This document shows, piece after piece, positions 1-27,760 of a stretch of DNA of 64,000 nt. Origin of the DNA: the human T2T-CHM13v2.0 reference genome, Homo sapiens. The notes beneath the pieces are model-generated. The model was given only the letters and a program-made list of their open reading frames with translations. It searched no databases and had not been told where the DNA came from. The stretch's first letter is position 1. Each line of letters opens with the position of its first letter. The stretch lies in the NCBI RefSeq assembly GCF_009914755.1, contig NC_060926.1. One strand, 5' to 3'. A program made the translations under genes and the position numbers.

Positions 1-235
1 AGGACTGTTGACAATAGAAAGGTTTTTACATAATTAAGCAATAAACTGATCATTCAAATACTATAAATCCATATTATCTTACCAAACTAAACTACGAAGT
101 TGAAGAGGTCAAGTTATAATGTTCCAATTAGATACTTAATTTATTCATTATATCAGTCAAGAAAACATCTGAAAATATAATACAACCAACTGGTAACAGT
201 GATTATCTCTGGATAAACCACTGTAGAACTTTACT

Positions 236-433
236 TATTTTGAGACAGGGTCTCGCTCTGTTGCCCAGGCTGGAGTGCAGTGGCACGATCTTGGCTCACT
301 GCACCTTCTGCCTCCTGAGTTTGAGATTCTCCTGCCACAGCCTCCCGAGTAGCTGGGACTACAGGCATACACCACCACGCCTGGCTGTTTTGTATTTTTA
401 GTAGAGACCGGTTTCACCAACTTGCCCAGGCTA
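236..433 (-). mobile_element. Truncated Alu
   Basis: gagacagggtctcgctctgttgcccaggctggagtgcagtgg... Confidence 0.9.
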
Positions 434-799
434 AACCATTATAGAACTTAAGCCATAACATGGTATCAATTTTAAATTATCAGTTAAAAGATAAACTTTT
501 CATTTTTCAGAAATAGCACTTGACTTACCTCACTGTAACTTACTCAAACTAAAAGCAATATAATCAAATCCATTGTTCAAAATGAATTCATAAAATTACA
601 TGGTCTAAGTGGCAGAATCAGATTTGAAACTCACTTTAAATAATTTACTAGGTGTGAATATGGGAAATTTCTCCTGAGCAGCGTCCTCGTGTTAGAAACA
701 AGGTTGAATAAGGTTTAGAATGCAGAGATGAGAGCTTTACATGTGAAAAGAATATATGTGGCTATCCGGTGACAAATAACTGAAATGTATTCACTGTAC

Positions 800-919
800 C
801 TTATAAATCAATGTGCTGATTAATTTGGTCTCAAAAATATATCCCAGGGGAATCCAGTTCAGAAATCTGAGCAATGTTTCCAAGGTTGCATGTACAAGTG
901 GAGCATTTTGAGAATTTTC
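800..919 (-). CDS. XPO1: Exportin-1 (CRM1) coding exon 9, 120 nt, ENSQNAPLVHATLETLLRFLNWIPLGYIFETKLISTLIYK
   Basis: Minus-strand translation matches known XPO1 residues 214-253; AG acceptor at 921-920, donor AAG|GTACAG at 799; phase 0/0. Confidence 0.97.
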
Positions 920-991
920 CTATAACAAAACACACTTGTAAATAATTGCTTTCCTATTATTGTTTTTAAAAATGAAATTAAAAACACTTAC

Positions 992-1040
992 CATTACAAA
1001 CTGACACAGTTGAAATATCTGTGAGAATTCATTGCACATG
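992..1040 (-). CDS. XPO1: XPO1 coding exon 8, 49 nt, (S)MCNEFSQIFQLCQFVM
   Basis: T-rich acceptor ending AG at 1042-1041; donor ATG|GTAAGT at 991; frame continuous with exons 7 and 9. Confidence 0.97.
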
Positions 1041-1839
1041 CTAAAAAAAAAAACACACAAAAATATCAGATTTAGAAGACACAGAAATAAGTATCAGTTA
1101 TCTATAATACTAATAAAAATGATTAAAGCCCAGTACAGTGGCTCATGCCTGTAATCGCAGAACTTTGGGAGGCCATGGCAGAAGGATTGTTTGAGACCAG
1201 CCTGGGCAACCCAAGGGGAAAAAGATTTCCTAATGACTACAACAAATGTTTAAAACTTAATGGAAGTATAACTATAGTTTATACCAGTTGCTTACTATTA
1301 GAGGCAAATCTAGTTTTCTGTTTTGTTTTAAAAAGAACACTATTGTTAACAATTGGGGAACTGAAAAGAAGCAGAGACAATAACTGATTTGAGGCCAGGC
1401 TCTGTGGCATGCACCTGCAGTCACAGCTATTTGGGAAACTGAGGCAAGAAAATCACCTCAATCCAGGAGGTGGGGGTTGTGGTGAGCCAAGATTGCGCTG
1501 CTGCACTCCACCCCAGGCAATAGAGCAAGACTTGTCTCAAAATAAAATAAAATAACTAATACGTATGTTTGGACACAAATCATTTGCTTAGAACCTATTA
1601 AACTAGTTACCATACAAAACAATTCCTGAAGTGTGTCTTGAACAATTCATTTTTCAACCTTCAGAGGTAAATTATTAGGCCCCGTCTAGGACTATTTCTT
1701 AATCTGCAGTTGAAAACCACTACAAGCAATTTAACATATTACTGATCATAGTTCCTTAAAATATCTACAATTTACATCCAAACTGCTTGAAATTGTTTGA
1801 GAAATCACTTTAAAATTCTAAAACATAATTATTACTTGC

Positions 1840-2021
1840 CTGTCTTTTAAATGCTTAGATTTGACTTGGGTTATCTGTCCACTAGAGAAATCAAATACTT
1901 CTTCACTCAAGAGTTTAAGAATCACCATATTATTTTGACAGAGACTTTCGCTGGTCCTACTTGCTCCAACAATATCACTGATAAAAGTTGGCCAATGTTT
2001 GGGCCATTCTTGTTTCAGTAT
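1840..2021 (-). CDS. XPO1: XPO1 coding exon 7, 182 nt, [60 protein letters not shown](S)
   Basis: Translation matches XPO1; acceptor ttttag at 2023-2022; non-canonical GC donor CAG|GCAAGT at 1839. Confidence 0.97.
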
Positions 2022-2326
2022 CTAAAACAAGACATGAAATGTTAATCGCACTTCATTTCTCAAAGGCAAATAAAACAAACTTCAAAGAAATTATGTAATG
2101 GATAAAGGCAGGAGTAAGGATAAATCACTTTTCATTTTCTCCTCCTTTATTAAAGGAAGAAATGTGCCACCCTCTTCACCCTACTGGGTAGAAAACAAAA
2201 CACAAAATCTTTTATCTTAATCACCGCAGGACCCTTTTCAATTATCCTAATGAAAGGTCCAATCCGTCTAATGGGTCTGTCTGTGTATTAGTATCTGCCT
2301 GATAGATATGTAGAAATTATTCTAGG

Positions 2327-2945
<619 letters not shown>

Positions 2946-3554
2946 AGAAATTATCCTAGGAGACTCAAGGATTTAATTAACCATTGGTGATAAAAAGTGA
3001 CCGGTTAAGACAGCTTATTATTGGATGCAATTTGAGCCTTGAAATGTAGTAGGGTTTGGATATATGAATTTAAAAGAGAGGACGCACTGCAATCGGGGCC
3101 TGAATAAACTTTTAACCAAAAGCCTCATGAACTGCATTATATTTGTATGCAAGTCTGGACTATTTATGGCACACACAAGGGATTTTTCAGATTATAAAAA
3201 TACATGTTAACCTTCTTTATATTCTCTCCTCTCTCTCACCACTCAGAGAAGGGCTAACAGAAAGCTCTAAAGTATAATAAAAGCTGGAGTTAATTACTGA
3301 ATACACTAAAATTTTTGGAAGCTTGGATGTTTCTAAGTCTTATTTAAATAGAAATTACTGTTTTTTCCCCCACACATACCAGGGTTCTCTGGAAAAAATT
3401 TTATGATATTACTATAGAAAACAGATAAACATAAAAATTATAAATTTAGTCTACATAGACAGTTTAAGGACTAAGCATGGAAATCAATTAGAAGGACGAG
3501 GAAATCAAAGGACTCAGAGACATACATGCAAAGGAAATATGCACAGGCATATCA

Positions 3555-3885
<331 letters not shown>

Positions 3886-4133
3886 TAAATAAGAATCCAA
3901 CATAGAGTCCAGTCCACACTGCAGCCACATAAATGATGGCTTTAACGTTATTTGATGATTACTGCCACAGCAAATTAACATTCAAGTACTAGACAGTAGG
4001 TTACCTATTATTATAAGAATACTATCACTACTTCTGCAAAATATTAGTATACTTTATTTCCTAAGTAGGTCGAACATTTTGTTCAAATAATAAGCATAAT
4101 TCTTCTAAGGAAAACAGTTAAGTTAAAGCTTAC

Positions 4134-4178
4134 CTGAACAAGGATCATATTTAATTTTCCGATATACACCTTTTCTTT
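4134..4178 (-). CDS. XPO1: XPO1 coding exon 6, 45 nt, KEKVYIGKLNMILVQ
   Basis: Acceptor ttccttag at 4180-4179, donor CAG|GTAAGC at 4133; in frame. Confidence 0.97.
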
Positions 4179-4386
4179 CTAAGGAAAAGTAAAAGATTAA
4201 ATGAGAGCCTGAGGTAAGTATAAATAAGAATATAACCAGACAATCCTAACAAATGATTACGGCTCTACTGCAAATGACTGACTGTGCATATGTGTGACTA
4301 TGTGTCTTGACAGAATTAGGTTGTAGTCAGACTCAATATCTAAATGATTTTATGCTCTCCCAATAAGCTCCAAAATAAACTCTTAC

Positions 4387-4448
4387 CTCTACACAAGTTG
4401 GGTCAGATGACGTCTTGATAATGAGGCCAACAACGTATTTTTTTATTC
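4387..4448 (-). CDS. XPO1: XPO1 coding exon 5, 62 nt, (G)IKKYVVGLIIKTSSDPTCVE
   Basis: Acceptor AG at 4450-4449, donor GAG|GTAAGA at 4386; phase 1/0. Confidence 0.97.
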
Positions 4449-4595
4449 CTATTAAAAAAATTGCACGTAATAAAAAAATTGTTGAGCTCTTTTGTAGCAT
4501 GCAAATAAATTTTGAGAACTAATTAATGTGGGAATGGAAAGACTAAGTAAAATCAGTTAATATACTCTAATCCTGTCACCAGTATTGGCATTTTA

Positions 4596-6185
<1,590 letters not shown>

Positions 6186-7154
6186 TTAATATACGTGTTA
6201 TTATTTTCCACTATACATTAATTGCAACATTAAGCTCATATTAGAAATACAACATTAACTTCACACACACAATGTTAAAAAAAAGAGGGAAGTTTAGGAA
6301 AAAGTTTTCATTTCAAATGCTCTTTACTTATGGATCTCTTCATAGTAAAACCTACTCTTTAAACAGTTAAGACATGATACTCATATCCTTGATTTTAATT
6401 TGCATCATGTAGAATTTGCTGAGCATCTACTATAGGTTCCATTCTCCAAAATCACAGGGTTCAAGAGTGTTGCAGAATGTTAAATTCTGAGAACATTTTT
6501 AAAGGAAAAGTAGTGTGGTACACCTATATTGAAACACTAAAAGGATATGAAGTAGCAACCCTAATTGAACAAATTACTATTTCCTACTACGTAAAATTAA
6601 CAATTACAAATACTCTCACATCTGTTCACTTTACGCTTTGTCACCAAATCAGTTAAATTATGAAGATTTTTCATTTTCATAGCGTTCAGATTTTTGGAAA
6701 AGCAGTTAAAGGTTGTAGAGCTGTATGTTCCAAGCCTCATCTGGCATATATAGAACTGAGTGAAATTTTCGTTGAAAAGAAAAATAAAAAATTTAGTCAT
6801 TAGCATTAGCAGGAAACTGACAACCTGAAGGCAGCAAAATGCTTGTGAGATTGTATAACTATGAGCTAATGTATTAAATTCACTTTCAAACTATGGTTCT
6901 TCAATGGCACTTAATTATATAATTTTTATTAACTATGACAACACTAGCCATTTCCCACAATATCCCAAATAAAAAATTTCTGTAACAGTAATTATGGACT
7001 TTCCTAATTACGAAAAAAATATTACTAATGCAGTAAAGCAACGTAATACATGTAAGAGAAATCTAATGGTGTTAAGTGTCAATATGCATAGTAACATTTA
7101 TGCTACAAATACATAAAATGAATAGGGAAATGGAAAATATATTTTTTACATTTT

Positions 7155-10380
<3,226 letters not shown>

Positions 10381-11100
10381 ACAACAAAGTCGGTGGGTCA
10401 AATGCTCTAATTGTTTCTTGGAAAGCCATATAAAATTTATTCAAAATATAATACACACTCGTAGAAATGCCTAACCACTTACTGAAAGGCAGCTTATGAC
10501 ATGTAAATGTTCCAAATGCAAGGGTTAATGCATACATCTTTAATATTCCAGCTCTATTGCTCAATATAAAGAAAAATGTGTTTAACAGTCCCATTTCAAA
10601 TAAAAACACAGCAATATCAAATAGTCAATATAAACTTGCAACTGCATAGTATCAACTTCAGCAAGCTAAAAAGATGAGATTTAAATAAACCTCAAGCTAA
10701 CTTAGAAGGTACACACCATCTGCCAAATTCTTTACACAGCAATAATAATCTTATCCCTCAGAAACACCTTGTAAACACTGGATACTCAATGATAGCGTAA
10801 AAAGCACGCATTATTGAACCTGATTTTTATATGAACAGAATTCACTAAAACTCTTTAAAATATTGAGAACAAATTAATTCAAATGGTGTCATATTCCCAT
10901 AGAAGCAACTCAATCTTCAAGTCATAGAGTTGTACATCAGCATCTTACATAGTCAGTGATAGTCATGCAGTAAACATTTTCAACCAAATAAGGATCTGAC
11001 TTATTAAGAGAAAGATGCAGTCCTAGAAAAATCCTTAAAATGTGGGAGTCCATGTTACATATTCCAATTCCTCTCCTCCCCAGCAGCTAATTTTCACGTA

Positions 11101-11929
<829 letters not shown>

Positions 11930-12145
11930 CACCACAGAAAATGGTTTAAGGCTTTTGATACACTATTAAAAATGTAAATTACAAATAGGAAAAAGGCAAG
12001 TTCAATCTAGTTTCGAATCAATTTCAGTTTAAACATTTATTTATTCCATAAGCTAAAAAAATGTAAATTTGGTACATTTCTACATCAATGCTATATATAA
12101 TTGAAATGTTTATTACAAGTATCAGTCCATGAAAACATCAAAATT

Positions 12146-14215
<2,070 letters not shown>

Positions 14216-14744
14216 ATTAAGTATATTTCTTACATTATCCTACCATGGTTTAAATACTGACAAAAAACGATTTGGAATGCCTGTCAACTCTCTGAGATTA
14301 GACTGATAATTTTTGCTCCCATCTCTAACATTGTATTCTGTGGGATTTCTCATGAATTTGTTTTAGATGCAAGGACTTAAGTCTAATATTTACATTTTCT
14401 TTTCAAAATCATAAATGAAACAATCACCTCTGAGTAACACTATCAACTTATTAGAAACTTACATTATCATCTAGTTCTGAAAACTTCCCAAGGAAATTAG
14501 GAAATAGGGTTTCTGCTCTGAATTCCATAGTCAACGAACTATGAAAAGACTAAACACCACACATACAGGGAAAAGCAGCAGAAATGTTAAATTCCAAGAG
14601 CTTTTGCAAAATTGAGGTGTTTTCTCACAACAGGAAGGGAAAGTGAGTTTGAACTGGGCTTTGACTAGCTGGATTAAACTACACGTTCAAGAGATAAGTG
14701 AACAATGGCAATTCTCTATATTAGCAAGAAATAATCAGGAATTG

Positions 14745-17400
<2,656 letters not shown>

Positions 17401-17947
17401 ACCTAATAAATAAGGCAAATACAAAAATTCTCAAAGGCCAATATCAATTAAAGGAAACATGTTAAATATCTTCAATACTACAGGAGATCTTCAGCAGAAG
17501 TGACCCTATTAGTTCCGTTTCTGAAACTTTGAGACTTTGTGGTGAAAAAATTGTAAAGGACACAGAAAAGTAGGTGTTAGTGAGCTCACTTAGGAAGGTA
17601 TTTCAGAAGGTTCAGGATATTTTGAGACTGGTATATGGCAATTTGGTGAAATGCAGATATTTCATGAAAAACAGTTGGTAACCCACTACTTACTCATACT
17701 CAGCATATGTAAGCACAGGGCTTCCTATACATTAGCTCTAATGCCCAAAACCTTGCAACACAAACTGAAATATGAGGTCAAATAATGTAGCCAGTATTAC
17801 GGTGCCAATAAATATACCACGTGTCTCACGTCAAAGGAGAGCACTAAATAAAATTTTATGAGTGGATCAGCTTTGGTCTGCCAACTAAAGACATGAAACT
17901 GTACAACTCAGAAATTTTAGTGGCCCAACTACTTATAAAATCCAACC

Positions 17948-22775
<4,828 letters not shown>

Positions 22776-23856
22776 AACAAAAATTTTTTAAATTAATTTT
22801 GTCTGTAACAAATGTAACTACAGTGTTGATAAACTAGTATAATCATATCTATTTTCAACCTGGAAAACATCTTCCAGAACCATCAAATGTGATAAAAAAC
22901 AGAGATGCAGATTTAAGAACAAAAGGAGGATTTAAAATTATACAACAGTAAAATGGGACAGAAGTAAATCACCTTTTCTTGGTACGGCAGACCATGGCCA
23001 AAATTAAATCTGGGGCTCATAACACATGAGTAAAACAATAGTAGTAAAGAAACAAGGAATGACTACACTAAAGATCCCTGAAGAATAAAGTATGAAGGAC
23101 CTACTTGGACCACATAGTCAAATTGTGCTTATTAATTTCTCAGTCCATCACAGAACGTGATCTAAAATAGTTTCAAACCATAATAAAACATTTAAAGAAA
23201 TGAGAACCTCTTTTAGGGCACATTATTTGCTCCTGCACTATCACTCTTAATCTATGATTTATGATGTATTAAAGATATTGCCACTGAATATACTTAATAT
23301 TCTTAAAAAAAGACACTGGCATTAAAATCTCATCACATTCAACTCTAAATGTGCTCAAACTTTGTCAAGGTTTAAGTCAGATTAGCTAAGTAAATCCATG
23401 TCACTATTCTACCATAATGATGATAAGAGAATGCAGGTGAAGGACAATACTTAAAAGACAAATAATCAAAGAAATTAGACATATTTTAAATGAAAATACT
23501 ACTAGAAGTATCATGTGCCCCATAATAAAGTCAAGAAAAAAATTTCTATTTTTCAGAGATAAATGAAATATAGTAGGTAAAAAGGCAGTGTATCATAACT
23601 GAAATTAGCTAAATCAAAGAATCCCAAGAAACTAATGTTGCCTCAGGTTTCTCAAAATATGACTACATTCCTCAAGGTAGCACAGACAGAAAAGTTAAAT
23701 TACTCATTAACAGGTATCACTACACCTTCATTTTCTGATCTTTCTTCATTTCAGAAGCCAACCTCTTCCAAGGCATTCCCAGAACCACAAAAGGCAAAAC
23801 AGCTTTGTGATCTTTAGTACTTGGCTTTTCCATTCCCGAGTTAACCTTACATATGG

Positions 23857-24470
23857 TTTTTTTTGTTGTTGTTGTTGTTGTTTTTTGAGACGGAGTTTCG
23901 CTCGTTGCCCAGGCTAGAGTACAGTGGCACAATGATGGCTCACTGCAGTCTCAACCTCTTGGCTCAAGGGATCCTCCTACCTCACCCCACTGATACCCCT
24001 GTCCCCGCCGCCACCTGCACCAAAATACCTGGCTAATTTTTAAATTTTTTGTAAACACAGGGTCTCGCTATGTTACCCAGGATGGTCTCAAACTTCTGGC
24101 CTTAAATGACCCTCCCACTTCAGCCTCACGAAGTCCTGGGATTACAGGCTTGAGCCACTGTGCCCGGCCCATATTTTATTTATATATATGTTTTTTTGGA
24201 GATGGGGTCTCACTCTTGTCACCCAGGCTGAAGTGCAGTGGCAGGATCATGGCTCACTGCAGTCTCGACCTTTTGAGCTCAAGCAATGCTCCCACATAGC
24301 TGGGACCACAGACATGAACCACCATACCCAGCTAATTTTTTAAATTTTTGTCCAGATGAGGTCTTGCTATACTGCCTAGGCTGGTATAGAACTCCCAGAC
24401 TCAAGCGATCTACTTGCCTCGGCCTCCTGAAGTGTTAGGATTACAGGCATGGGCCACTGTGCCATAGCCC
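23857..24470 (-). mobile_element. Two tandem AluJ elements just downstream of exon 4
   Basis: Poly(T)-led Alu antisense on plus strand with J-type diagnostics. Confidence 0.88.
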
Positions 24471-24722
24471 ATATTTTTAACTAGAATATTTATTGTCAGA
24501 GTTTTCAACAGTCCAGTCTCCTCTTTCTCCCAAAAGATAACCTGTAAGTGGCCTTCCTGTACCCACCAATACAAACAGACCTGTTTGCTTCATGATAAAA
24601 GCAATAAGCTCCATTAGAGCAAAATATACTAAAGATTCATTACATGCCCCCTCAAACAGTCAACTATAATAAAAATGCCAGGAAAAACAAAATTCTGAAT
24701 TTATAATTCTTTATTTTCCTAC

Positions 24723-24795
24723 CTTCGCACTGGTTCCTTGGAAGAATCTTCCACCTTGTTTTTATCACATTTTCCAAAATTTGTAGTCCATAGTA
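24723..24795 (-). CDS. XPO1: XPO1 coding exon 4, 73 nt, YYGLQILENVIKTRWKILPRNQCE(G)
   Basis: Visible inside ORF 24664..24879; acceptor ttttcag at 24797-24796, donor AAG|GTAGGA at 24722; importin-beta N-terminal (Ran-binding) region. Confidence 0.97.
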
Positions 24796-26754
24796 CTGAA
24801 AATTGGAGAATAGAAGCATGTGAATATATTGCTTATAGGACTGGCAACTCTCAGGATTCACAAATGGACAGACATTCACACATTTACATCTAAAGTTTCA
24901 AAAACATTATGCTACCAAGTTTAATTACACATATTAAACAAGTATCTATTCACCCATATACTGAGTTTTCATGCATTTTCCTCATTTTATTGTTTGCTAC
25001 TCTATATAACGTCCTGCTGTTTATACATGCTCACACCAGGAGGAAGAACCAAATAAAAAGCCCTTTAGCAGCCAAATAGGCTTATCTGTCGAAGGAAAAG
25101 TAGCAGCCAGATATGAATTCACAGCATAAATGACTGCTCATAGGCTCACGTACTTTAACACGAACAGGCTCCTAAGAATTTAGCAGCTTGGATGCTATCA
25201 AGCTTCCTACCATCCTCTAGGAGTTATAAGCTTTTGGCCAAATATTAAAGTATTGTCACAGATACTTTCTATAGAAAGTGTTTACAAGCATCACTGGTGT
25301 GTTACTTAAGGAGCAGCAAGACAACCCATGGGTTTATTTTATATTTTAACCCCACCCTTATAGTTGCTATTTCTACTAATTTAAAGATAAACTTTTGTGC
25401 ACAGTCAAAATAATCACAAACGCATGTTGCAATCTGTATCTACCTTTCAGGTATTTCTTCCTAAATACTGAAAGTTATAACTAAAAGTATAAAAAATTAA
25501 AAAACAGAGATACCACTTTCAAGCCATTTTGTCCCTCCTGCTGATTACTCACTCTAAATAGTCAACAATATTTATAATAATTTATAAAGCCCCAGGAGTT
25601 ACTACCTGAATTACTATGACCAATTAGTGTGGATAGGCAGGAGGAAGAAAAGGGACAAAACCGTTGTGGTACATTTCAACTGAGAGAATTAGGGAAGAAT
25701 CAGCTATAATATCTGAAAGGTAAGCTCATTCATATATAGACATATAACCTCAGATTGCAAGTTTTGGCTGAGAATAAGAGTTCATCTTTAAAATGGTTAG
25801 TCATTACACAATAAAATAGGAGCATTAGTATTTCAACCAAAGGGATCATGTGAATGCTCATTTTATCCAAAGCACAATATAGACTGTCCCAAACTACATT
25901 GTGCTCAAACAGTGAATGTTTTTGCTGTTTTCTTTCATTTTAACATTTCACACTCTTCAAGAAAATTTTGCCATTTCAACTAAAGTACTACATTTGCAGA
26001 ACATTCCTTAAAAACTTTCAAAATAAAAACAAGGCCAAAGCAAAATTCTAAAATTACAAATTTGATGCTATTAAAATGTTTCATAATCAGCAGTAAATAG
26101 TGATGCTTTCTAACCTGTTCACTTTTAAAAACATATCTATTTATTATGTCTAGGTCTGAGAAATATGTAAAAAAAAGAGAGTTGTCCAAATGCCTGAAGT
26201 TCTTAATTAGCTTTTAAAAACATACTACCCTAAGCATTTTCTTTAATTTTATAGGCACAAAATCAGATTGTCAAGACTCAGTAAGTCAAAGCAATGCACT
26301 GCTTACAATGTATCCTCTTGCCAAAAATCAATTAAAAAGCCTTTAAAACACTAAGAAACAAAACCCACCATAAATATAGTTACAAATAAAAATCTTAAAG
26401 ATAACTTCATCTTATTTAACCAAACTTTTTTACATTTTTAATGGAAAGACACTGTCCTTTCTTTTTTATTTACTTCTTCCTATTTGATACTGTTACCTAA
26501 AATTACTATTTACTAACCTGTATTTTCTACAACTGTATAAAGGTAGCATAAGCTTGATGAAGATACAATTCATATTTCATCTTTCTGCCAAGGGGGTTGA
26601 AGCAGGGAGCCCAATAAAAGCTTTGCCCAGGTTAGGTCAAAGGAATACATCTGTTACTATAATATCCTAAAATCCAATCTCTCCCAGACATAAAGACTTT
26701 GCCTATGAAACTAAAACAAAAAAAATTTACATTCCTTTGAAAAAATGTTATTTG

Positions 26755-27030
26755 GGGCCAGGCAAAGTGGCCCTCGCCTGTAATCCCAACATTTTGGGGA
26801 GGCCAAGGCGGGAGGGCCAGGAGTTCAAGATCAGCCTGAGCAACACAGGGAGACCCCACTTCTATAAAAAAATTGGTAAGTTAGCGAGGCATGGTGACAC
26901 GCACCTGTAGCCCTAGCTACTCAGAAAGTTGAGGCAGAAATGTCACTTAAGCCCAGGAGTTTGAGGTTACAGTGAGCTATAATCACACCACTGCACTCCA
27001 GCCTGGGCAACAGAGGTCCTGTCTCTTCAA
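26755..27030 (+). mobile_element. AluJ, the only Alu in intron 3
   Basis: ggccaggcaaagtggccctcgcctgtaatccc... Confidence 0.88.
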
Positions 27031-27449
27031 AGAATTTTTTTTCTTTTTTTTTTTAGTATTTTTGCTCAAAAATCTGAAGTGACAGTCAAATCTGAAAGCC
27101 AATGATAAATCACTACAATCCAAACATTCTAAAGAATTATACTTTTGCCTTACATCTCCAAACTTGAGAAATCCACTGCTGAGTTATGAAGATGAGGGAC
27201 AGATAACAGCAAAGACTAAATGAAAAAATAAATGCATGAAATGATCCCTATGGTAGAAATTTCTACTGAGCCCTTAGAAATACTTATTTTATGCATTGAA
27301 TTCCCCTTTCCCCTCCCACCGCCCATGAAACAAAAACAATTGATGAACAGAATTCAGTTAAAGGGAATCAAAAGGGTAGACCTTGTGGAGGCCTGCCGTC
27401 AAAGCCTAGCTGTGTCAGTTGCACAGGAAGACACCCCTTTTCTTCCTAT

Positions 27450-27760
27450 TACAAGCAATCAACATAATGGAACATTATGATTAATATCAGGTAGTGTTAA
27501 CATCTTTAAAGAAAAAAAAATGATTGCATAAAAGCCAAATGTCATAGTGCATAAATTTAGCACCAAATCATTTGTAATTTATGTAAATTGAAGAATTCTT
27601 TACCTGTTGCTTTCTTTCTGTTCCTCTAATCATCTCATTTTTCACAAGACAAATTTGAGTTTTTAAAAATACTGTTGATAAATCAACTTAAACATTAGTA
27701 ATGTCTGTCAGTATAAAAAGCAAAATTTACCAGGCAAGCAAACAGGCAAACACTGTTATG
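27450..27760. other. Probable ultraconserved element uc.63 (XPO1 intron 3); boundaries approximate
   Basis: uc.63 is described as lying in XPO1 intron 3 (recalled from literature); this is the repeat-free, splice-signal-rich block of that intron. Conservation cannot be seen from one sequence. Confidence 0.6.

Noticed and set aside
6590-6850. AT-rich segment whose minus translation vaguely recalls a hAT transposase C-terminus
   Set aside because: Similarity is too weak to call without a Dfam/HMM search
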